The position numbers were made by a program, and so were the translations under genes. DNA of 15,775 nt from Bacteriovoracaceae bacterium (lineage in GTDB: Bacteria > Bdellovibrionota > Bacteriovoracia > Bacteriovoracales > Bacteriovoracaceae): the NCBI GenBank assembly GCA_049599895.1, contig JBMYPC010000070.1, forward strand, positions 1-15,775, written 5' to 3'. Of the stretch, positions 7,265 to 14,833 are shown in pieces (positions within the stretch are counted from its first letter, which is position 1; every line of letters starts with the position of its first letter). The notes under the pieces were generated by a model, which saw nothing but the letters and a program-made list of their open reading frames with translations, ran no database searches and was not told where the DNA came from.

Positions 7265-9326
7265 AGGACAAGTCTTTTTGAGGCAAAGTTAAAATAAAGG
7301 TCGTATGACCATTGATCTTTTTATACTCTAAATCCCCGTTGTGGGCGTTAAGAATTGTCTTGCTGATACTGAGACCTAAGCCGGTTCCTTTTCCAACTTC
7401 CTTAGTTGTATAAAAAGGGTCAAAAAGCTTCTCAATAATGTGATTTTCAATACCGTGACCAGAATCTGATACTAAGATTTGTGTTGATTGGTTATTCTTT
7501 TTGACATGGATTTTGACCCATGGCGATTGTGCACCTGTGTTTGCATCAATGGCATTGTTAATAAGATTGACTAATACCTGTTGAATTTGAATATCATCAC
7601 CTCGAATAATGAGATCATCTTTAGTGTGAAATTCAACGGGAACCCCATGACGTTTAGATTTCGCTTCTACGAGTTCGAGAACTTCTGAAACAAGACTTGT
7701 TACGCTATGATCTTGTTGAAGAACTTCATCTAGGCTTGAATTTCTTGAAAACTTTCTAAGGCCGTTAACAATTTTTCCAATCCTTTTCACTGATTTTTTT
7801 AATTTGTCAGAAGTCTCGAGAACCTTGGTCGGATTGTCTTTATGTCTGGTAAGTAGAGAAGCACTACCTTGAATAATGGCAAGGGGATTATTAATTTCAT
7901 GGGCGATACCTGCGGCCATCTCTCCTAGAGTTGCAAGTTTTGACGATTGAATGATTTTAAGTCGTTCTTGTTCGAGCTCTTTTTCTATTTTGACTCTTTG
8001 GCTTACATCCTGAAAGACTCCTCTTAAGAGGATGCAGTTATTATTTTCGTCATAAACAGGTTTTCCCATAGAGCGTACAATTTTCTTATTGCCTTTTTCA
8101 GAGGTGAAATTAAACTCACGATCAAAGGGAATTCCTTTCGTTATACAATCTGAAAGAAGTCCTTCAAGAATGGGTTTTTCATCTTCGTCATAATAACTCA
8201 TTCCAAGAACTTTATCAGTTGGAACAGAAGTCGGGATTTCATAAATCTTATAGATTTCCTCTGTCCATTTCACTTTCATTGTTTTGATATCGAGTTCCCA
8301 AGCTCCCACTTTTGCGATGTCTTGCATGGCATCTGTGAGTTCATTAAGTTTTTGATTCTCAAAGTTCAGTTCAACTATTTCAGAAATGTCGAGATGGGTA
8401 CCATGTATTGCTTTTGGGTTACCGGAGCTATCTCTTTCGACAATTCTTCCATGAGAAATGATGTCGACCCCGTGGCCGTCTTTATGTTTCATTTTGAATT
8501 TAATTTCATAGTTTGGAAGGTTGCCTGATATAAGTTCTTGGACCGCTGCGCTGACTCGGTCAATATCATCTGGGCTACAGAGCTTTTGAAATGTAGAGAA
8601 ACTCTGTTCAATCTCTGTTTGTTTGTAACCTAAAATTTCACACCATCTTTCATCGTAAACTACTTCATTAGTGAGAAGGTTCCATTTCCACAGCCCAAGT
8701 TTAGAAGTTTCTTTAATGAAGTTGGCTTCAAGAAGGCTTTGAAGAGAAGATTTCTTATTAAGAATATTTTGATAAGAAAAAACAATCGCGATTACTGATG
8801 AAAACACCACAATGTGATGCATTTCTAAAATTCCTGAAAAGTCCAAATGGTCCAGGTTGTGAGCTAGAATGAGAGGCGTAAAAATATTTAAAACCGCAAG
8901 AACTGAGTTGCAGCGAACAGAGTTAAAAAAACAAGCAATGAGAATTGAGAGAAACTGAACATGAATCCACAAGAAATTATTTTTTTGATAGAAATCAGGT
9001 GCTGAAAGTAAAAGCATAGAGGCGAGAAAAGCTCCAAAAGAGGGAAGAAAGAGCAGTGGGTTCGCCGTAAACTTCTTTGTCAGAAAGTAGCTAATGACAA
9101 AAAATGTTGAAATTAGTAATCCTGCTGAAAACTCATATGAGAACTCAACAGAGTTAATGCCGTATTTTGGAATAATTGAAAAAGCAAAATAGGCCGTGAA
9201 AAAGACAGCGATAAAGGTCAAGGCTGGCTTTAAGAGAGTTTTTCTGTCATCAAAATTCAGGCAACTGCAATAATAGATTTCTCTTAGAAAGTTTCTAAAG
9301 GGGATATAGCTTTTTAAAGTTGACAT
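7254..9326 (-). CDS. Membrane-bound PAS-PAS sensor histidine kinase (NtrB-like HisKA/HATPase)
   Basis: Several N-terminal hydrophobic helices, then two PAS/PAC domains starting LGLWKWN and VGAWELD. H-box EMAAGIAHEINNPL, N-box QVLVNLINNAIDA, G1 DSGHGI, F/G2 FDPFYTTKEVGKGTGLGL. Confidence 0.95.
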   Translation of the reverse strand: MSTLKSYIPFRNFLREIYYCSCLNFDDRKTLLKPALTFIAVFFTAYFAFSIIPKYGINSVEFSYEFSAGLLISTFFVISYFLTKKFTANPLLFLPSFGAFLASMLLLSAPDFYQKNNFLWIHVQFLSILIACFFNSVRCNSVLAVLNIFTPLILAHNLDHLDFSGILEMHHIVVFSSVIAIVFSYQNILNKKSSLQSLLEANFIKETSKLGLWKWNLLTNEVVYDERWCEILGYKQTEIEQSFSTFQKLCSPDDIDRVSAAVQELISGNLPNYEIKFKMKHKDGHGVDIISHGRIVERDSSGNPKAIHGTHLDISEIVELNFENQKLNELTDAMQDIAKVGAWELDIKTMKVKWTEEIYKIYEIPTSVPTDKVLGMSYYDEDEKPILEGLLSDCITKGIPFDREFNFTSEKGNKKIVRSMGKPVYDENNNCILLRGVFQDVSQRVKIEKELEQERLKIIQSSKLATLGEMAAGIAHEINNPLAIIQGSASLLTRHKDNPTKVLETSDKLKKSVKRIGKIVNGLRKFSRNSSLDEVLQQDHSVTSLVSEVLELVEAKSKRHGVPVEFHTKDDLIIRGDDIQIQQVLVNLINNAIDANTGAQSPWVKIHVKKNNQSTQILVSDSGHGIENHIIEKLFDPFYTTKEVGKGTGLGLSISKTILNAHNGDLEYKKINGHTTFILTLPQKDLSYAA

Positions 9327-9333
9327 GAAAATC

Positions 9334-9360
9334 TTGTCGGGATTTTTGCTTTGAGAGTTA
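9334..9360 (-). promoter_or_regulatory. Putative sigma28/FliA promoter of the histidine kinase (likely leaderless)
   Basis: Minus strand reads TAAC-N15-CCCGACAA against the consensus TAAA-N15-GCCGATAA. It ends 7 nt before the ATG at 9326 and no SD is present. Confidence 0.5.
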
Positions 9361-9399
9361 AGTTAAAACTCAAGAGATTTTAAGCGGGTTAGGCAAACC

Positions 9400-9651
9400 T
9401 TATTCAATCCAGACGTGGTAGGATTTGGCCTCTGTTTCATTGTCAAATTTAAAAAGATCTTGAGGTTTATAATCAGAAACTTTGACCTTTTCTATGAGCT
9501 CTTTTAATTTGATGCCTTTTTTTTCAATGATGGCCAAAACATGTGAGGGCATAAGAGTGTCAACAACCTTCAAGGCGTTGATAGGCAGAGTGAGGTTGAC
9601 TCTGACTTCATCATTTTTTGTGACCCGAACTTTGAGATTTTTCGCCTTCAT
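9400..9651 (-). CDS. Small hypothetical protein (83 aa)
   Basis: ATG-started ORF filling an otherwise empty region. It has a natural alternating beta/alpha pattern (LKVRV..VRVNLTLPI..IKLKELIEKV..YHVWIE). No clear SD. Confidence 0.75.
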   Translation of the reverse strand: MKAKNLKVRVTKNDEVRVNLTLPINALKVVDTLMPSHVLAIIEKKGIKLKELIEKVKVSDYKPQDLFKFDNETEAKSYHVWIE

Positions 9652-9806
9652 AGACTAATCTTAGCGAAGACAGAGATGGTTGTAAGGCAGGGACTTTTTT
9701 TCTTCTGACTAGGTGGTTTTTTCAGGTCTATTTTGCATTCTGTTAATTCTAGGGTAGTTTCAGTGGATTTTTAAGGATTCAATCCTGGATATGGTATTAA
9801 TTTAGT

Positions 9807-10904
9807 ATGAACTCTTTATATGATTATTCACTAAATGAGCTGACTGAGCAGTTTAAATCTGAAGGATTTCAGGCGTTTAACGCTAAACAAGTCTTCAATT
9901 GGCTCTACAAGCATTACGGCACTCCCCTTAATGAGTGGACTAATGTTAGTAAAAAAATGAAAGCCTATATTCAGGAAAACTTTCAAGATTATCTTCCTAC
10001 AATTGTCTGGCATGGACTTTCAAAGGATGGCACACGAAAGTTTCTAGTGAAAATGCATGACTCGCAGACAGTGGAATGTGTGGTCATTCCCGCTAAGAAT
10101 AAAAGGCTCACCCTTTGTGTCTCATCACAAATTGGTTGCGCTATCGGTTGTCGCTTTTGTCATACTGGAACGATGGGCCTTAAAAGGCATCTCAAAACTT
10201 CTGAAATCGTAGGTCAGTTATTAGTTGTAGGAGACTGGTTAAGAGAAAATGTTAATGACGATGAGAAGATCACGAATATGGTTTATATGGGCCAAGGTGA
10301 GCCACTTCATAATTTTGATAACATTAAACGAGCAACAGAGATCTTTTTAGATCCCCAAGGTCTAGGCTATGGGCAAAGAAGAATTACCCTCTCGACCTCA
10401 GGGCTAGTTCCTCAAATTGAGAAAATGCTCGATTTTCCACCCATTAACATTGCGATCAGTCTTCATGCTGCACATAACGATATTAGAAGTGAACTCATGC
10501 CTATTAACAAAGCCTATGATCTGCAAAGGCTTTTTGGTGCAATTAAAAAGCTGCCTTTAAAAGCTCATAGAAGAATCACTTATGAGTATCTTCTTATCAA
10601 AGGCCTTAATGATCGACAGATTGATATTGATGCTCTTTGTGAATTGATCAATAGAGATGAGTCTAAAATTAATCTCATTCCATTTAACGAATATCCTGAA
10701 TCTTCATTTAAAAGACCAAGTCAGCAGACAATCAAATGGTTTAATGATTCTCTTAACGAAAGAGGTTTTATTAGTACAGTGAGAGTGACTATGGGGACTG
10801 ATATTCTTGCAGCTTGTGGACAATTAAAAAGTGAATACGAAAAAGTGAATCTTTGGAATAAAATGTCAAGGAACTTTGAACTTATTCAAAACCAGGGTCG
10901 ATAG
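9807..10904 (+). CDS. rlmN: 23S rRNA A2503 / tRNA A37 C2-methyltransferase (radical SAM)
   Basis: DGTRKFL, TLCVSSQIGC with CxxxCxxC (CAIGCRFC), MGQGEP, ITLSTSG, AISLHA, NLIPFN and DILAACGQL. Both RlmN catalytic cysteines are present. Confidence 0.96.
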   Translation: MNSLYDYSLNELTEQFKSEGFQAFNAKQVFNWLYKHYGTPLNEWTNVSKKMKAYIQENFQDYLPTIVWHGLSKDGTRKFLVKMHDSQTVECVVIPAKNKRLTLCVSSQIGCAIGCRFCHTGTMGLKRHLKTSEIVGQLLVVGDWLRENVNDDEKITNMVYMGQGEPLHNFDNIKRATEIFLDPQGLGYGQRRITLSTSGLVPQIEKMLDFPPINIAISLHAAHNDIRSELMPINKAYDLQRLFGAIKKLPLKAHRRITYEYLLIKGLNDRQIDIDALCELINRDESKINLIPFNEYPESSFKRPSQQTIKWFNDSLNERGFISTVRVTMGTDILAACGQLKSEYEKVNLWNKMSRNFELIQNQGR

Positions 10905-11148
10905 TCTCAAAGCCACCAACTGGCTCTTCATATTTCCAATTTTGAACTTCTGGATCTTTCTTTTGTTGATCACTTTGGGACGGCATACGAACTGTTTCAT
11001 TATCAAAGCTCTCTGATTCAATCTGAAAGTCACTTTCCCAGTTTTCTTTAACAAGCTTTATTTTTGGCTTTGCACCATTTTCTGTGGCAAAAACTGTTTC
11101 CGTCATTCCAAAAAATAAAACAAGAACAAGTAGTGATTGAGAGTTCAT
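10882..11148 (-). CDS. Small acidic secreted hypothetical protein (88 aa)
   Basis: Start revised from TTG 11160 to ATG 11148, which has SD GGAG 6 nt upstream (11155-11158). Signal peptide MNSQSLLVLVLFFGMTETVFA precedes an acidic, probably disordered mature part. The 3' end overlaps rlmN by 23 nt. Confidence 0.8.
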   Translation of the reverse strand: MNSQSLLVLVLFFGMTETVFATENGAKPKIKLVKENWESDFQIESESFDNETVRMPSQSDQQKKDPEVQNWKYEEPVGGFETIDPGFE

Positions 11149-11180
11149 AATCCGCTCCAATAAGTTATTTTACACTGTAT

Positions 11181-11208
11181 TAATCGACCTTTTGTAGGAG
11201 GAACTTTA
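11181..11208 (-). promoter_or_regulatory. Putative sigma28/FliA promoter of the small secreted protein
   Basis: Minus strand reads TAAAGTTC (11208-11201)-N12-GTCGATTA (11188-11181) against the consensus TAAAGTTT-N11-GCCGATAA. It is 32 nt upstream of the ATG. Confidence 0.65.
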
Positions 11209-11255
11209 GGCTGAGACAAAGTAGTTGAGCCTGGTTGTCAGGTAGTAAACATAAG

Positions 11256-11284
11256 TTGTCGGTATAAAGATAATTTGTGAGAAT
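11256..11284 (+). promoter_or_regulatory. Possible sigma70 promoter for the sppA-lapB-tolQ operon
   Basis: TTGTCG-N17-GAGAAT with an extended -10 TGn (11276-11278). SD AGAGGAG at 11301-11307. Confidence 0.35.
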
Positions 11285-11314
11285 GTATGAGTGTTTTTTT
11301 AGAGGAGATCCAAG

Positions 11315-12247
11315 TTGAAAGAGAATAAGCGCGCAGTCTATGGCATTTTAATGTTAATCTTTATCTTTTTTGTCATGATAATGGTGTTCGCCGCTTTTAC
11401 GATTAATGCCTTCAAAGATGAGGGAGATCTCATCGCCTCAAAAAATAAAGGTAAGGCCCAGATTGGTGTCGTGGAACTTAATGAAGTGATCTACGATTCT
11501 AAAAAAATCATTGAGCTTCTTAAGAAAGCAGAAGAAGATGATTCTTTGAAGGCCATTATTTTAAGAATTAATTCTCCTGGTGGAGCTGTAGGACCAACTC
11601 AAGAAATCTATGAAGAGATTAGAAGAATTGATGGACCTTTTAATTTAAAGGACAAATCTGATGATCGAAAAGGTAAGCCGATTTATGCAAGCTTTGGTTC
11701 TGTTGCGGCAAGTGGTGGCTATTACTTGGGTGCGGCCACAAGAAGAATCTATACAAACGCGGGGACAATAACTGGGTCCATTGGTGTGATTATGCAGTTT
11801 ATGGATCTTCATAAGCTTTTTGAGTTTGCGATGGTTAATCCCACCACGATCAAAGCGGGAAGATATAAAGACATTGGTCAACCGAATCGCCCAATGACTG
11901 ATGAGGAAAGATCTCTTCTCAACACAACAGTTGCTGATGTTCATGAACAGTTTATTGAAGACATTCTCAAGCTTAGAAAAGATAAGATTAAGGGTGACAT
12001 TCGTGAGCTTGCTCAAGGACAAATCTATTCAGGAAAACAGGCTTTAGATCATGGTCTTGTAGATGAGATCGCTGGTCTTGAAGGCGCAGGTCGAGCAATA
12101 TTTAAAGAACTTAAGCTTGAAGGAGACTTTAAACTTAAGAGAATTGAGAAAAAGAAAAAAGTTAGGTTCTATGATCTTCTGGAAGATATGGAAGGTCTGA
12201 TGCAAATGATGAAGTCGATGTTTTCGACGAATGTGAGAACCTATTAA
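11315..12247 (+). CDS. sppA: Signal peptide peptidase SppA (peptidase S49, 36K type)
   Basis: N-terminal TM helix, LRINSPGG, catalytic Ser in VAASGGYY, TGSIGV, catalytic Lys region KAGRYKD, and GLVDEIAG. TTG start with a strong SD. Confidence 0.95.
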   Translation: MKENKRAVYGILMLIFIFFVMIMVFAAFTINAFKDEGDLIASKNKGKAQIGVVELNEVIYDSKKIIELLKKAEEDDSLKAIILRINSPGGAVGPTQEIYEEIRRIDGPFNLKDKSDDRKGKPIYASFGSVAASGGYYLGAATRRIYTNAGTITGSIGVIMQFMDLHKLFEFAMVNPTTIKAGRYKDIGQPNRPMTDEERSLLNTTVADVHEQFIEDILKLRKDKIKGDIRELAQGQIYSGKQALDHGLVDEIAGLEGAGRAIFKELKLEGDFKLKRIEKKKKVRFYDLLEDMEGLMQMMKSMFSTNVRTY

Positions 12248-12266
12248 TTTAATTACTTGGTAAACT

Positions 12267-13496
12267 ATGGAAGGTTACTTAGTCTGGTTTCAAAACCATG
12301 CTCTACAAATTGGAGTCGGTGGACTTACCCTCGTTTTGATGTATCTCTACGTTATTGAAAGAGATACAGGAGTTAAGCTCTCAAAACGTTACCGAAACTC
12401 TATCTATGAAGCGCAGTCAAAAGTTTTTTTGAATGCAACTCAATACCTTATTTCAGGAAATAAAGACCTTGCGATTAAAGAATTTCTTAATGCTGTTGAC
12501 CTGAACCGAGAGACTATTGAGACTTATTTCGCTCTTGGAGGACTTTTTCGCTCCAACGGAGAGATTGATAAGGCCATTAGTATTCATCGCTCGTTAATTG
12601 CTAGAGAAAATCTTAGCGAGTCTCATCGCTTGCGCGCTCTCAAAGAGCTTGCTGTCGATTTTGATAAAGGAGGTTTCGTTGATAAGGCCATCGAAACCTA
12701 TAAAGATGTTTTAAAAATCAATCGTGATCAGACCACAACTCTTTTGGCCCTATGCCGAATTTATGAGGACATCGAGGATTGGGATGAAGCTTATAATTAT
12801 AGAGTTCTTCTCTCTAAGGTTGGTCGAGAAAATCAATCTGAGACTATCTCTCATATTCTAGTACAAAAAGCGAAGCTCCATTTTGATAAGGGAAGCTTTC
12901 AGGATTGTTCCGAAACTTTGGACGATGCTTTTCGCTACGCTCCTTCGGTGTCAGCAAAAATTCTAAGACTTAAGCTTTATATAAAGGATGGTGCCCTTGA
13001 TAGTGGAAAACATCTTTTACTAGAACTTTTAAAAGAACATGCCATGTACACTTCTTTTATTTTTGAATCTCTTGAAGAGGGAATCCAACGAGATGGCGAG
13101 GATAAGGAAAACTATCAAGTTAAACTTGGAGTTCTCAAAGAATATTTTTTAAAGCTGGAAGACCGTGATCTTAATTCTTCAGCTTCAGTCGTTTTGGCCA
13201 AAGTAAGACTTCTCAAAGACATTAATCAAAATGAAAATGCTTATGAGCTTTTGAATCAGTACATGGAGGAGAGTCCAAATTATTCAGAAGCATTAAACAT
13301 TGAATATATTCAGCTTTTAGTCGATCTTGGAAAAGATGAACTTGCTATTGATAGCACCAAAAAGTTGATCAATAACATGCACCGCTCCCTTGCGAAACAT
13401 TATTGTAGCTCTTGTGGTTTTAACTCTGATGAGATTTTTTGGAGATGTCCACAATGTCATCAATGGGAGACAATTCAGTTTAGGTGGAAAGTATGA
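12267..13496 (+). CDS. lapB: LPS assembly protein B (YciM)-like TPR + rubredoxin protein
   Basis: N-terminal TM helix, LapB-typical ETYFALGGLFRSNGEIDKAISIHRSL and TPR repeats. C-terminal rubredoxin-like YCSSCGF..FWRCPQCHQWETI. Confidence 0.9.
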   Translation: MEGYLVWFQNHALQIGVGGLTLVLMYLYVIERDTGVKLSKRYRNSIYEAQSKVFLNATQYLISGNKDLAIKEFLNAVDLNRETIETYFALGGLFRSNGEIDKAISIHRSLIARENLSESHRLRALKELAVDFDKGGFVDKAIETYKDVLKINRDQTTTLLALCRIYEDIEDWDEAYNYRVLLSKVGRENQSETISHILVQKAKLHFDKGSFQDCSETLDDAFRYAPSVSAKILRLKLYIKDGALDSGKHLLLELLKEHAMYTSFIFESLEEGIQRDGEDKENYQVKLGVLKEYFLKLEDRDLNSSASVVLAKVRLLKDINQNENAYELLNQYMEESPNYSEALNIEYIQLLVDLGKDELAIDSTKKLINNMHRSLAKHYCSSCGFNSDEIFWRCPQCHQWETIQFRWKV

Positions 13497-13879
13497 CAAA
13501 GAGGATTTTTTTCATAATTTCATTAACTCTTTTCTTTTCTTGTGAAGTTCTTGAGGCAAGAGTGATGAGGCTCAAGAATATCTTTGGCTCTGTCCATAAG
13601 ATTGCTGATGAGAGTTCTGAAGTTCTTACTGTTATTGCGTGCAATCATCCAGTGAAACTTTTAAATCGAAAAGCTGAAATAGGTTGGCATAAAGTTAAAG
13701 TTGGAAAACATACTGGTTTTATGCATCAGAGAATGCTTTCAAGAAGAAAGGTGAGCTGTTTTCAAGATCGTTATACAAAGTTTTTTGAGAAATTTAATCT
13801 CAAGGTCGAACAGACTTATTTTTGGGGAAAACTCTACGATAACTACCTCGTTGGAAAATCGGAGGTTTCTTCAAGATGA
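13493..13879 (+). CDS. Exported SH3b-like domain protein (128 aa)
   Basis: Start revised to ATG 13493, an ATGA overlap with the lapB stop. Signal peptide MTKRIFFIISLTLFFSCEVLEA. SVHKIADESSEVLTVIACNHPVKLL..GWHKVKVGKHTGFMHQRMLS matches the bacterial SH3 pattern. Confidence 0.75.
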   Translation: MTKRIFFIISLTLFFSCEVLEARVMRLKNIFGSVHKIADESSEVLTVIACNHPVKLLNRKAEIGWHKVKVGKHTGFMHQRMLSRRKVSCFQDRYTKFFEKFNLKVEQTYFWGKLYDNYLVGKSEVSSR

Positions 13880-14829
13880 GATTTTGGTTTAATAGAATTC
13901 TTCTTTTCATTTCTTTTCTAGGGGCTTTTGCTTTTTATGCCCAAAGTAATACCAATGTTCGAGGTTTAGCAAACACTGACTCAAAGACAAAAAAACCACC
14001 AGAGACAGTATTTCAAAAGCAAGCTCCAAAAGACGAGGTTCTGAACTTTGATTCAATAAAAGAAGTCATAAAAAACGATAATCTTTCTCAGCATCTCTCT
14101 AAAACTCAAAAAAAGAAAGCAGAAGCGAAGAAGAAAAAAGAAGCTGGTGAGGTTGCAAGGTACATTATTCCTGATGAAGGAAGCCTTTATCGTTTTTTAT
14201 CTGAGCTTTGGATTATTAAAAATGTTTCAATTTTAAAGTGGGATTTCAAAAAGCCAGATTATGGAATTGAAATCTATTTTAAAGATTTCCTTGAGAAGAT
14301 TGGGATATTAAACTTAAAGTTCAAAATTCTTCTCGTTAATACGCCGATGGTCACTCACTTTGCTTTACCATCAAATAAATCAGAAGCAATTTTTCTTCTT
14401 TCTCTTCCTTTTATTAGAACCTTAGATCTAACGAAACTTGAGATTTCTCTTCTTTTACTTGAAGATCTCCTTCGAATAGAAGCTGATTATTTTAAAAACC
14501 ACCTTGTCAGTAAAGAAGTGAAGGCTTTGTTAGGAACAAATTTTCACAATAATCCAGAGTTTAAAGTCGACCCTTTTCTTGGAATTTTAAAGAAGTATGA
14601 TGATCTCATTTATGAAAAAGGGTTTAGTTTTAAACAGCAATTCACAGTGACAAAAAAGATGGATAGAATCCTTAAAGGCAATTTAAGCCTTTGGAATCGC
14701 TATTATCTTTTAATTCAGAAAATTAAAGACCTTTCTGATACAAATTATTTATATAAACATCATGTAAAGATTTATCCTTCTCCAGAGCTTCAGCTAAATT
14801 GGTTAAAGCCTACAGAAGAACAAAAATAA
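13876..14829 (+). CDS. Exported hypothetical protein with degenerate peptidase M48-like segment
   Basis: ATGA overlap with the upstream gene, signal peptide and Lys-rich linker. FKILLVNTPMVTHFALP..IFLLSLPFIRTL..EISLLLLEDLLR parallels the M48 NAFALP..E-x5-HExxH segment but has no His. Confidence 0.6.
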   Translation: MRFWFNRILLFISFLGAFAFYAQSNTNVRGLANTDSKTKKPPETVFQKQAPKDEVLNFDSIKEVIKNDNLSQHLSKTQKKKAEAKKKKEAGEVARYIIPDEGSLYRFLSELWIIKNVSILKWDFKKPDYGIEIYFKDFLEKIGILNLKFKILLVNTPMVTHFALPSNKSEAIFLLSLPFIRTLDLTKLEISLLLLEDLLRIEADYFKNHLVSKEVKALLGTNFHNNPEFKVDPFLGILKKYDDLIYEKGFSFKQQFTVTKKMDRILKGNLSLWNRYYLLIQKIKDLSDTNYLYKHHVKIYPSPELQLNWLKPTEEQK

Positions 14830-14833
14830 GGAC

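Noticed and set aside
9807..10904. Cfr-type antibiotic-resistance methyltransferase
   Set aside because: Motifs (DGTRKFL, CVSSQIGC, CxFCxTG, DILAACGQL) and the chromosomal, non-mobile context fit housekeeping RlmN.
11234..11264. Direct repeat GTTGTCAGGTA / GTTGTCGGTA and a second sigma28-like -10 (ACCGACAA, minus strand); TGTCAGGTA also occurs at 1069-1077 on the minus strand
   Set aside because: No TAAA-like -35 at the right spacing. The repeats are short and partly explained by the candidate sigma70 -35, so evidence is insufficient.
13493..13558. Lipoprotein call for the SH3b protein (FFSC)
   Set aside because: The lipobox is atypical and a signal peptidase I site (LEA) follows. This cannot be decided by eye, so it is called only exported.
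14095..14145. A-rich low-complexity stretch as a possible repeat or frameshift site
   Set aside because: It encodes a Lys-rich helix (KTQKKKAEAKKKKEA) in an uninterrupted ORF.
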